Assembly: GCA_900554365.1 (NCBI GenBank)
Contig: USGY01000001.1
Span: 27,214-91,213 of the forward strand
Origin: an uncultured Clostridium sp.
Lineage (GTDB): Bacteria > Bacillota > Clostridia > TANB77 > CAG-508
DNA: 64,000 nt
Direction: 5' to 3'
Of the stretch, positions 22,301 through 31,547 are shown one piece after another; position 1 is the first letter of the stretch, and the number at the start of each line of letters is the position of its first letter. The notes under the pieces were generated by a model, which saw only the letters and a program-made list of their open reading frames with translations, searched no databases and was not told the origin of the DNA. Both the position numbers and the translations under genes were made by a program.

Positions 22301-23612
22301 AGAACCAGTAAGTATAACTAAAAAAGCATATACAATAAAATATGATTATAAAACACCAATAACAATAACTTTATATAACACAAGTTATTCAAGCAAAAAA
22401 GAAATTAAACCAGAAGATGTAAGAAATGTGCTTTCGATAAATGGCGATGAATACTTGTATTTAAAAGATAATGCAATTAATTCAAATAAGAGAACTATAT
22501 CTGGAGAATATGCAAACTTATATAAAAATCAAGCATTAACTTTTGATGGAAAAATATATGATATATCTACAATGAAGACTATAAGCGATGATAATAATAT
22601 TGAGATATTAAAAGAAACAACACCTATTGCAGAAAGTAAAATAAATGGAAAAACAGTACAGACTTTTGCACATTTTTCAAAGACTGATTCAGATACATAT
22701 AAAGATCAACAAATATTTGTAAAAAATGGATATATGTATGCAATAGATGGACAGTTAAAAAATAAAGAAGGTGCAATAATAATTGATTCATATAATGATA
22801 AACAATATGAAACAGTTCTTGGAACAGATGGAATTATGTATGATTTATTAACAAAAATCAATTATCCAGCAAACTTTAAGAACAAGGGAATTGTTGCAAT
22901 GACAAATAATATTTCAGATAAAAATAATGTTGTTTTAGTATATTATGAAAGCGGAAAAGTGTATGGATTTAATTATATAACAGGTGAAGAAGTATATGAT
23001 AATAATGTAAAAGCTCAAAATATAAGCTTAGTTGACTATATAGCAAGTAATTTCAATGTAGGTAAAATGATGTATAATATGAGAAAATCAGATTATGTTG
23101 CGGCACAAAATTTAACATCTAAGCTAGAAAAAGTTTCAGTAGATGAAGCACGTAATCAAACAAATTCTGAGACAAATGCAGAAAGTTCAAATTCAAATTT
23201 GGTTTCAAACAATGATAATGAAAATACAAATGTAAATGCAAAACCAAATGCTAATGTAAATACAAGTACAAATACAAATGTAGATACAACTATAAATGTA
23301 AATGAGAACACTAATGCAAATGATACAGATGTTAATAATCAAATTGATAATAAATATACAACAGTATATGATGCAAGTACCCAAACTTATAAAGTATACA
23401 GTACAGCAGAATTAACAAAATCAGGTTCAGCAAAAACTGAAAGTGAAAATGAAAAAATCAATAATAATAAAGATTTAATATCTTATTATACAAATGTATC
23501 TTCTAGTACATCAAAATTTAAAAATGTTGGAATAATAGTAATAGTTATTATAGTTCTTTCTATATGTACAATATTAATAATATGGTATGAAAAAACTAGA
23601 AAAGACAATTAA
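13317..23612 (+). CDS. Giant (3431 aa) cell-surface protein. N-terminal signal-anchor, K/E-rich linker, Fn3/Ig-like modules, jelly-roll (CBM-like) domain, three ~520-aa GLUG-motif beta-helix modules, Asn-rich linker and a C-terminal TM anchor
   Basis: One uninterrupted 10.3-kb ORF with RBS AAGGAAG. TM helices at both ends. Many GNxNVGGxxG / (N/Y)VGGI(A/V)G repeats. See findings. Confidence 0.9.
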   Translation: MGKKDKNRKRKAKPIFFIVLFNFLIIISLILYIIYLRFIPYTTLEYSGYAVSGKDIISNLLNTNFDSEQNIKALQVKDQDSIYENLDSYYLGASKKDNININYPIYINNSLALYNLSPKMSLITDDFQKVQGYAGTTLTSGELYNASTLQRADYNEYILLKNSDNLYINTKDFKIKTSTNEYTIKMNSIINFTSDFITYYSLKDGEFIYNKILDIDNNSQVTIEDYNKTYTYKNFLKNLGIIKDGNKLTSNNDNKDKKEENKTQKVNEVKKENKDKNTTEDTTKNDVGNEKPVENIAEEPIQEETKQEENKQEGTSNSSEKIWIKPTVTAEQFTSNVYTAKTNIKIDDPSRVIYKAITFTFYKDDTIAFRVSSQTSGEVSVTKLLPNTKYKIEGKYQYRNKEGNLIESTILEQEITTKSADTLNSIELGMSNGQVYSNKIEINDLHVSSDVTDEAIYGVSKAEVLINDIKYSLDSSSLKKILKGEHIKYQSAEGVKSNSSCKYEIKFYDTAGNEMKLKNNTGNTVTSKKTPSVKLKISAQEVISVTVIPTLVNEDNVEINNYRYALYSDTGEMVTIGNVTGQPIEFKDLDSQKTYTIKIYADFDISDGKGVQYNQEIGNSTFVTLPLSKLGNLKLDVSYDQDTDITYNSINLKTAININKTDSRLIKILRSVNLAIKDEKGKEVTNIEMTDISALSTVDGIKNLIGDLKSNTTYNIEITAKAVQGSKEEKISTTYTLKKFLTNKLPAKMSVKNVVTTTNLIDMDIYIDDVDHSCLEDVVTVRLIDSYEKEYLPKIEPTNIKGSTKIPTNQWVRITYTGLPENEKYEFVTEAVSYNETNDTSKVQNNYKILTKDFITSGLGGNVELSGLNREKQQSCSNLIDVKSENNWYSQCFDTLSTEYTLDEANNVSFKANSKYNYGKTYTEDDNTINLKLLSNQCYLYDFSQYKGQTITLTFSAKVTETNAKVYLQKGKNIGQNLEQITGLQNNNWISIKKTLVVPEDGYVGFYLEKYQETIPKTENEEAKVQDKDYYLDLKDIKAELGAESTGYSKYVYDLYANINVKFIDENHITYDENEQNCKYYIRLKNDKGLNEEYDYTYDSKESILEKYKYKIEETNDITNYTIELVVKQYGREYQLDKVEFKYDPTNSKEIKSISSVEDFKKIQPYGSYILLNDIDLTDAGTTSEFTFGNPNISFYGNIDFNGKTIKKDTYSLTKQKDTTSYIFYKLDEKANLKNIVIDFNINNPKNRLTTKVEGIDTFIAEEDGIYSLFLYNNAKIDNAIVNLKGSTYKQRINVGLLGYRNQGTIENFVINFEGTLYGSKNLAGVCLYSEGTIQNGYVYGKGIEAIDNITIGDYRNIAGVVFQVDEAGVLQNVYNTSPIKMNHCDSTYSYAANIVYNVGYPPVINETTGAVISSKDSTATVNNVYSVRPLITTYSGYEYYGIMDSNNKEGDKGPNILNKYTSTKVKESYYFCDTIYEANDYNTKSSATALYEPGVQEVLLNANGYNQFIIDTLVNNGYYPQLNLNYCMPKQDNIKIDVTGTEIIDVLSSEVVKNNDISTLEMSDKVKGEVENYIRNNNVDLKADNLVLATFRIYNPAGTTISEINVNYMDTEIMSQSYEKKVSTVYVILKNPTSFLDEYDVSSIKSKMANGKVKESVYGENEDLGVRKVNVRFVKNISTEEEWNKINESDENGVSGLVQNYRLIKDLDFAEADVAPYITGTFEGNIDGQYKGTIHTIKNINGKFSLIKALRQGSIKNLNIENFTINTDSQYAGLIEKSDIEENIEINNVHIKNMEIVSTYGGEWTAYGSIAGYISSGSANDATSIKVQNCSVQGLNIDLENANATSIRVGGLIGYLYAYGGVDVYVTNDFAQNISINADVTSNTGVGGIVGYKGHDADEKKKIGEPNFYIQNCYTTGKINTMYRAGGILGYGLYANTYIQKCWSTLNITSKMMSGSADIGGIVGYSGTGVNNISNNIYLGNIYVSGNDVKNVNRIFGSNAGTSSYKNYAYKYQLINGEVSTNQLGATKLLTYSEIFQINTYKNLIGFDNNYTYTIEKNGAPFNLLENEYLPELNDTIGNVLSNQKLTPIDTDLKLDTITSVPSSDKTQVTVTMKFENKNNLNLTRVKIENDDMIVKDGTWNTSIDSNGLTVVSFIATPRRAFDSYKIESIYYERNGQEIEKEIATKIKLELYKGISTAQEWNEFFSGDGRTYGGQNIKITGDIDFSAVNSIEKDVVIGKLEADSVKTISGINLKSLDANSGFIKEIKTKMSNIKFENCSLQGENGGYNGIVVISRGEISNCSFNNINLDFKGSYIGAVSRTIAGSFKNITVNNVQAKGNTYVGSLCGNATALGTSSGIKGTYISVTATGNDVGGMFGCTDGRIDNVQTYQYSENGKTSSDKETSWLVKGNQNVGGNIGTYAGGGNWVTNLRITNSKISGNNTVGGNVGWGSGNGSVLTSTNNIVTGTGYHTGGNVGAHGWAFLNMTSSNNTIKGNINVGGNTGTGGWATDGNLTSENNKITGETNVGGNLGQQDHYYANANNMRSSGTNQVISGNNYVGGSVGRSVGRIKNVKVQDCTVTSRGNYTGGIIGMSEYSTPSISASNSDNYAIAGSNTKNVIVNGGNNYVGGIVGYQVGTIYGNALENSTVTAKGNNVGGIAGFYTGYIGNSASSLSSSNFFLWHSYCSNSTVKGTNNVGGIAGNIILGNIQYCYVQNTDVIASNQAAGGIVGYFYNANLNNLQYKATIKYNYVANVDEGRIVRASNSAGGVVGMVAKQLNYDKNIDTYNNIECDLVVTDIATVGNYADIGIGSVGGSEYGILQAGYMNNIYAYNCSKLNGVQIGGISEEKEAYNLLTSNELKTNIYTKNDKILDEDGKVIGNKGLNFGNSRYIYNNGYFPILKTSYNANLYWSSNELNINQKLVSIPTRNQEFTSTQALTSYSEQMDVAAFSVFNEAEELPEMYVYATGVDKLNIEFSNINSSAKFKLKTSDSVIGEPVSITKKAYTIKYDYKTPITITLYNTSYSSKKEIKPEDVRNVLSINGDEYLYLKDNAINSNKRTISGEYANLYKNQALTFDGKIYDISTMKTISDDNNIEILKETTPIAESKINGKTVQTFAHFSKTDSDTYKDQQIFVKNGYMYAIDGQLKNKEGAIIIDSYNDKQYETVLGTDGIMYDLLTKINYPANFKNKGIVAMTNNISDKNNVVLVYYESGKVYGFNYITGEEVYDNNVKAQNISLVDYIASNFNVGKMMYNMRKSDYVAAQNLTSKLEKVSVDEARNQTNSETNAESSNSNLVSNNDNENTNVNAKPNANVNTSTNTNVDTTINVNENTNANDTDVNNQIDNKYTTVYDASTQTYKVYSTAELTKSGSAKTESENEKINNNKDLISYYTNVSSSTSKFKNVGIIVIVIIVLSICTILIIWYEKTRKDN
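14280..15900 (+). repeat. About five tandem ~90-110-aa beta-sandwich (Fn3/Ig-like) modules inside the giant gene (protein-level repeats)
   Basis: Recurrent module-end signatures LLPNTKYKIEGKY, LDSQKTYTIKIYA, LKSNTTYNIEITA and LPENEKYEFVTEA. Confidence 0.45.
20160..21650 (+). repeat. Dense degenerate ~25-30-aa GLUG-like repeats (GNxNVGGxxG), predicted beta-helix
   Basis: More than 15 successive copies, for example GNQNVGGNIG, GNNTVGGNVG, GNINVGGNTG, GETNVGGNLG, GNNYVGGSVG, GNNVGGIAG and TNNVGGIAG. Confidence 0.6.
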
Positions 23613-23621
23613 TAAATAAAA

Positions 23622-23651
23622 ATGCGGTAGATAATTTCTATCGCATTTTTT
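23622..23651 (+). terminator. Rho-independent terminator after the 3431-aa gene
   Basis: 10-bp stem ATGCGGTAGA/TCTATCGCAT (one G-U pair), 5-nt loop, T5. Confidence 0.7.
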
Positions 23652-23857
23652 ATGTTTAAGTATGAAAAAATATTGTTACAAAAATGTAATGAAAATGCCA
23701 TAAAAGAATACTGAACGACGAATGTTTGTACTTTGTAAGGAAAAAAGCCAAAAAATAGAAAATACTTTAAATGTCCGGTTGAAAAAAAATTCGTAATATG
23801 ATAGACTAATAAGGAATAGATGCATTTTAAATAGCATATTTTTGAGGGAGAATAATT

Positions 23858-26800
23858 ATGAAAAAATATATATTGTTTTTTATAAGTATAGGTATAATAT
23901 TAGGTGCATTATTATTATATAATGTAGTGCATATTTCAGAAGAAAAGAAAACGACATTTAGTGAACCAGGATATATTTTAAATGGAACAACAAGCAGATA
24001 TTATTTTGGTCAAAATACAAAATACACATCATCATATAATAACAAAATAGCGTTTCATGACACAGAAGGTGAAAAAGTAACCTTAGGTGATGATAATTTT
24101 GTTCATTATAACAGTGGAAATATCGAAGCTTTGCAAGATAGTGTATTACTTGACTTAAGCAAAATAAATGATAATCCAATAGTATATTACAATGTATCTG
24201 CAAATAAAGAAATAAAAAAAGTTTCAAACAGATATAGTGTTAGAAATTTAGATTCTGATTTACAATTTGAACAAGCAATTTGGAAAATTTCTGCCAATAA
24301 ATATATCGTTTTAGGAAATAAACTAACAGCAACATTAAATAACGGAATGACAAAAGAAGCAGATGGATATATTGAAGTACAATATTCAGATAATGAAGTG
24401 GTTAGCGTATATAATCAAGATTTTAATTCACAAACAATATCTTCAAATTCTTATATAGACATTGGTAATGGAATAAAACTTAATTTAGGAACTAAAATAG
24501 TAAGCCAAAATGATGTTAATAAAATGTCTTTAGAAGATATGGTCATAAATTCAAATGATAATGTCACATTAGTTGATTTAAATAAAAAAGAAGATGAAAA
24601 TAAAGACGAGAATAATGCAACAAATACAACGAATGTAGTAAATGAAACTAATATACAAACAAACACAACAACGGCAAATAATACAAAGAACAACATTAAC
24701 AATAATAGCAATAATAACGGAAATAATAATAAAAATAATGATGTAAGTAATTCTCAACCAAATACAAATGTAACAACAACTATAACAACAAATACAACAC
24801 AAACACAACCTACTACAAATGAACCACAAAATGTAATAAATATTAATACTCCAGATATTATGTCTGAATATGTTGACGAAAATGAAAATAAAGTGGATGA
24901 AACAGTTGCGGCCAAAGAGCCTAAATTTAAATTAGAAAATCTTGAGGTAACAGCAGTAGGAATTCAGGCAGAATTACAAATAAAAGATGATGATGATACA
25001 TTATCCAAAAATGATAATGTAAAAATAAAAATAACAAACAATTCAACTGGAAAAGTTGTTTATACAGATACACAATCATATGGAACATTTAAAATTCCTA
25101 TTAATATTGAAACATTAGTGCCAGATACAAGTTATACTATAACTGCAAATGCAACATATGTTGTTAATGAAAAAAATTATACAAAAGACTTTTTATACAA
25201 AACATTTGTAACATCAACTATAGGTGCAGAACTAACCAAAGACTCATATACTAATAATTCATTAGCATTTAATGTTAATTTTTCGGACAAATTAATCGAT
25301 AGTGCAGATGTAGTATTGTTAGATGGAAATGGAAATGAAATAGCAAATAGAAAACAAACAGTAAAAAATAATGGAACACAAGAAAACATTATTTTTGATG
25401 GTTTAGTAGCAGATACAGATTATACAGTAAGACTTACTAATATAAGCTATAACGGAATAATTCAAGATGGTGACAATTGGAAAAAAGAGATAAAATGTAA
25501 AACGTTAAAAACAAAAGCAAGTATTAATCAATTAAATTATTCAGTAAATAAAAGAAATGGTACATTTACACTATATATAAATGATGTAACAGATAATAAT
25601 AGTTCAATACAAAGTTATAAATATATAATGTATAAATATACTCAAATAGAAGATGAAAATGGAAAAACCACATTAGATTATGATACTACTAATGTAGTGT
25701 ATCAAAAAGATACAAAAGATAAAGAAATTACTATCCCTGTAAATGATGAATCAAGTGATAGTGGAGTAGTAAAAGGACAATATTATGGATTTAAAGTAAT
25801 TGCTACAACATATGATAACGAGAAATATGTTGACATAGAAAGTTCAATGTGTGGTGTATTTACATTAAATGGTTCAACATTTCCAAGTGTAAAATTTGAA
25901 AGAGTTGATAGTGACTATCCACCAACAGAAATAAGAGGCTGGTTTTATATCGTAGATAATGATGGAACAATTACAGTAGATCAAAATAATCCTTTAACAA
26001 TCACATATTATAGTGATGTAGATGAAGGAGAAGTTTATGTTAAGAGAACAGGCTTAACAGCAGATGAAAGAACAACAGATACAGATGGAAATGAAGTAAT
26101 AAAAATATGGGTAGACCTAGGAGAAAAAGGAAATAATAAAAAAGGACTAAAATCAGAAACATCATATACACTTGCTGCATATGGTACAGTAAATTTGAAA
26201 GATGAAAATGGAGATTACAAAAATGCACATATAGGTAGTACAATAGTGACAACAGGTTCATATCAACCTATATCAGCTAAAATGACCACAACCAATGTTC
26301 CGACAAACTCATTTACAGTAGATTTAAGTTTACAAGGTGATGAGGTATCTAAAGAAGGACTATCTAGTGTAAATATTATGCTATACGAAGGCTCTGGAGA
26401 TATAAATACAGGTGAATATAAACATTGGAGTCGTACAATAACTGCAAATAACTTCACATCTTGCTTAAGCAATGTAAAAGGTGAAAAACAAGCAAATAGT
26501 CTTCAAGAATTGTTCTTTGACAATGAGTTGGAAGTAACACCATCATTTATAGCTGGAGGAAAAGAATCAAGTTATACAGAATTAAATTATCAAGTTATTG
26601 TAACTGCGACAGTAGATGGAACAACATATACAAACAAAATACCAGTACAATCAGCAGAAGATGAAGATGATAATACAGGAAATACTACGTATACAGACTC
26701 AAAAACAGTAGAAACATATTCAGCTGCATACATAATAGTAAAGGGAAAAGGAACAGTTGTTGAGGTGCCTGAAGAATATAAGAGAGTACAAGCAACAGCT

Positions 26801-29638
26801 ATTACAAATGAAGATGCAACTAAATATGGAATTGTAAAAGATGAAAATTTAAATAACAGTACATATGTAGGCTATTATTTAAATACAGCTTTTTCAAATA
26901 CTGGATCATTAACTGCAAAATATATAACTTATTATGCTTGGGATAAAGATGGAAATCCGGTATTAGATGAAAATGGAAAACAAATCACAAAAACAGCTAA
27001 CTTTATAAATCAAGAAAAAGCACCATCTGTTATTTTCAATTTAAAAGGTGGAACTACAGATACATCAAAAGAAGATAATGCAACAGGATTACATAGAGGA
27101 AATGCTTACTATTTCTCATATACAGTAACATATAAAGATGCTGAAGGAAATGACTTAGTATGGCCAACGTGTAAAAGTGATGAGAAAAATAAATATGATA
27201 ATAAAAGTTTAAGAACAGAAACATTATATCCAAATAAACAAGAACCAAATTTTGTAATGTTTCCAAAAACATCAGATGAAACAACAATAACATATATGTA
27301 TTCATGCACAGATCCTGATAAAGCTCTATATTATCCAGCACATAGTACAAATGAATATGGATATTTAAGTTTATTAGTAAATGGAACAACACAAAATTCA
27401 AATATAGAAGTTAAAACTGATGGAGAAATTCACGAAACAACAGTAGGAACATTGTCAGCAAATACTATGTATCAAATTGGATATACTAGAAATTTAAATA
27501 AAGCACAAACAAGTGCATATACGTTGAAAGAACTGGTAAAGCAAAAATTTGAAGGAATTGTAAATTGTAAAGACTTAAATATTGAAAATATTGTTTACAA
27601 TGATGATAGTAATCCTAATAGTGTAATAGTACAACTAACAGGAAATGATGTAAATAGAGTGGCTGCTGCACAGGTAATATTAGATAATGGACAAGAACAA
27701 GTAACAACTAAATTACTAAAATTAAATACAGACAATGGCAATTACATAAAATTAGATTTGTTACAACTATTAACTAGTGATAATGTAGCTAGATTTACAG
27801 GAAGAGATATAACATTAAAATTAAAAGTATATTATGACAATGGAAGAATTGGATTTATGACAGATGAAAGTCCTTATACAACATATGCAAATTCAGATAA
27901 TGCGTATATGAGATTAGATGGAACAAATCTTGTTGAAGACAATGCAATAAATGGTAATATATATGAATACCAATTTTATAAAAATGATGTAAATGCTCAA
28001 TTGGGATTAAAAGATTTAGAAAATATAAACAATAATGAAAATGGAAAATCAGTTGATTTACAATATTCAGGAGAAGGTTTAAAACAAAATGGCAATATAA
28101 TAGTTCAAAAACAAATTATGGCAAAAGAAATAAATGATGGAACAGAACATAAAATAAATATACACACTATTCGTCTAGGATTAAAAATGAATAGTATTAC
28201 AACAACAATATCAACTGCTAATGTAAGTGCAACTATAATTAATCCAGTAAATGTTTCTATTAATGGACTTACAATGGAAATATGGCATTCAAAAGATGCG
28301 AATGCAGCGCCAAACTGGAATTCAGCACAAACAAAAGTAATAGATCCAAGCCAAATGTCAAATATCACATTAGATAATTTAGCACCAGCAGAATATTATT
28401 ATATAAGATTTAAATATTTAGATAATAATGCATATGTATATGTATATTTATATGATAAAGATTCTGGAGAAATGGGAAAAGTTTATTCATTTGAAACATT
28501 AGCAACAATTGGAATTGAAAATGTAAATGTAGAGTATGAGGCACAAAATTACAAAAATAAATACTTAAATATCTCATATAATGTAAATAATGATAGATCA
28601 ACAATGTATGCTAAGACTAAATATACATTTTACAAGAAAGATGGAACAACAAAAATTAATCTTTCAGATGCGAATATACAAAAGACAGATGAGCAAGCAG
28701 AATATAAAATTGTTGATGGAAGTTTAGTTGTATCTAATACAAAGGGAATGGACAATCAAAAATTTGATAGCGTAAAAGAACAAATAAAAATAAGTCCAGA
28801 CAGTAATCCATTTACAATGGGGGATGACTATGTATTAAAAATAACACCAATAGTTATAATTAATGAAACTCGAGAATATGAAATTGATAGTGAAGTAGGA
28901 GAATTTAATGTAAAATCTCTTCAAAACCCATCTATTGGTCTGAAGATGGAAAGAAAACAATTAACAAATGATAGCAAAGTACTAAGAACAACAGTATCAA
29001 TAAAAGATCAAGATGCATTAATTAGTGGAACCGATTGGGGTGAATATACTTTACGAATATATAAATACAAAGATAATGTAGATAAAGCGGTAGAAGTAAA
29101 CACATATGACAAAAGTCAAGGTGGAAATAACATAACAGGAAAAAAATTAAATTTAAAAGAAAATGCAACAAATTATACAATATATGTACAATCTCAAGAT
29201 ACAGACTATACATATAACTATATCGCTAAATTAGAGTTAAAATATGACAAAAATAACAATGGAAAAGATTTAGAAAACCATACAGAAAAATATACATTGA
29301 AAGCTATTTCTAATGATCAAGATGTTGCAATTGGTAGTGCAACATTAGTGCCAAATGGAAATAAATGTGAAATACGTTTTTATGATAGTTACTATAACAT
29401 CAAAAAAATTAATAGAATAGATTATACAGTATATAATTTAAAAAGTACTTACAATCAAACAGGATCATATAAGCCAGAATGGATATCAGCAAGTCAAGAT
29501 CAAAATGTAATTTATTTTAAAACAGAATTACCAATTGATTTTATAGAAAAAGCAACATATATTATTAAACTAAACTTATATGTAGGAAATACTTTGGTAG
29601 GACAAGTTGATACTACATTTATAAATGAGGATAAATAA
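23858..29638 (+). CDS. Giant (1926 aa) membrane-anchored surface protein with N-terminal TM, Asn/Thr-rich linker and many Fn3/Ig-like modules
   Basis: RBS GAGGGAG. TM YILFFISIGIILGALLLYNVV. Module signatures LVPDTSYTITANA, LVADTDYTVRLTN, LKSETSYTLAAYG and LAPAEYYYIRFKY. Confidence 0.9.
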   Translation: MKKYILFFISIGIILGALLLYNVVHISEEKKTTFSEPGYILNGTTSRYYFGQNTKYTSSYNNKIAFHDTEGEKVTLGDDNFVHYNSGNIEALQDSVLLDLSKINDNPIVYYNVSANKEIKKVSNRYSVRNLDSDLQFEQAIWKISANKYIVLGNKLTATLNNGMTKEADGYIEVQYSDNEVVSVYNQDFNSQTISSNSYIDIGNGIKLNLGTKIVSQNDVNKMSLEDMVINSNDNVTLVDLNKKEDENKDENNATNTTNVVNETNIQTNTTTANNTKNNINNNSNNNGNNNKNNDVSNSQPNTNVTTTITTNTTQTQPTTNEPQNVININTPDIMSEYVDENENKVDETVAAKEPKFKLENLEVTAVGIQAELQIKDDDDTLSKNDNVKIKITNNSTGKVVYTDTQSYGTFKIPINIETLVPDTSYTITANATYVVNEKNYTKDFLYKTFVTSTIGAELTKDSYTNNSLAFNVNFSDKLIDSADVVLLDGNGNEIANRKQTVKNNGTQENIIFDGLVADTDYTVRLTNISYNGIIQDGDNWKKEIKCKTLKTKASINQLNYSVNKRNGTFTLYINDVTDNNSSIQSYKYIMYKYTQIEDENGKTTLDYDTTNVVYQKDTKDKEITIPVNDESSDSGVVKGQYYGFKVIATTYDNEKYVDIESSMCGVFTLNGSTFPSVKFERVDSDYPPTEIRGWFYIVDNDGTITVDQNNPLTITYYSDVDEGEVYVKRTGLTADERTTDTDGNEVIKIWVDLGEKGNNKKGLKSETSYTLAAYGTVNLKDENGDYKNAHIGSTIVTTGSYQPISAKMTTTNVPTNSFTVDLSLQGDEVSKEGLSSVNIMLYEGSGDINTGEYKHWSRTITANNFTSCLSNVKGEKQANSLQELFFDNELEVTPSFIAGGKESSYTELNYQVIVTATVDGTTYTNKIPVQSAEDEDDNTGNTTYTDSKTVETYSAAYIIVKGKGTVVEVPEEYKRVQATAITNEDATKYGIVKDENLNNSTYVGYYLNTAFSNTGSLTAKYITYYAWDKDGNPVLDENGKQITKTANFINQEKAPSVIFNLKGGTTDTSKEDNATGLHRGNAYYFSYTVTYKDAEGNDLVWPTCKSDEKNKYDNKSLRTETLYPNKQEPNFVMFPKTSDETTITYMYSCTDPDKALYYPAHSTNEYGYLSLLVNGTTQNSNIEVKTDGEIHETTVGTLSANTMYQIGYTRNLNKAQTSAYTLKELVKQKFEGIVNCKDLNIENIVYNDDSNPNSVIVQLTGNDVNRVAAAQVILDNGQEQVTTKLLKLNTDNGNYIKLDLLQLLTSDNVARFTGRDITLKLKVYYDNGRIGFMTDESPYTTYANSDNAYMRLDGTNLVEDNAINGNIYEYQFYKNDVNAQLGLKDLENINNNENGKSVDLQYSGEGLKQNGNIIVQKQIMAKEINDGTEHKINIHTIRLGLKMNSITTTISTANVSATIINPVNVSINGLTMEIWHSKDANAAPNWNSAQTKVIDPSQMSNITLDNLAPAEYYYIRFKYLDNNAYVYVYLYDKDSGEMGKVYSFETLATIGIENVNVEYEAQNYKNKYLNISYNVNNDRSTMYAKTKYTFYKKDGTTKINLSDANIQKTDEQAEYKIVDGSLVVSNTKGMDNQKFDSVKEQIKISPDSNPFTMGDDYVLKITPIVIINETREYEIDSEVGEFNVKSLQNPSIGLKMERKQLTNDSKVLRTTVSIKDQDALISGTDWGEYTLRIYKYKDNVDKAVEVNTYDKSQGGNNITGKKLNLKENATNYTIYVQSQDTDYTYNYIAKLELKYDKNNNGKDLENHTEKYTLKAISNDQDVAIGSATLVPNGNKCEIRFYDSYYNIKKINRIDYTVYNLKSTYNQTGSYKPEWISASQDQNVIYFKTELPIDFIEKATYIIKLNLYVGNTLVGQVDTTFINEDK

Positions 29639-29671
29639 CAAAATATATAAAAGGTAGGAGGTGATGCCCTT

Positions 29672-31521
<1,850 letters not shown>

Positions 31522-31547
31522 TAATGTAAAAAGAAAGGAAACGCATT

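Noticed and set aside
23500-23612. Sortase (LPXTG) anchoring of the 3431-aa protein
   Set aside because: A C-terminal hydrophobic helix and basic tail are present, but no LPXTG-like motif precedes them (...SSSTSKFKNVGIIVIV...).
24614-24836. Asn/Thr-rich coding stretches as DNA-level tandem repeats or phase-variable contingency tracts (also 30332-30563, 23160-23340 and 43680-43880)
   Set aside because: The nucleotide sequence is compositionally biased but not a perfect or near-perfect unit repeat. It looks like low-complexity linker sequence typical of AT-rich genomes.
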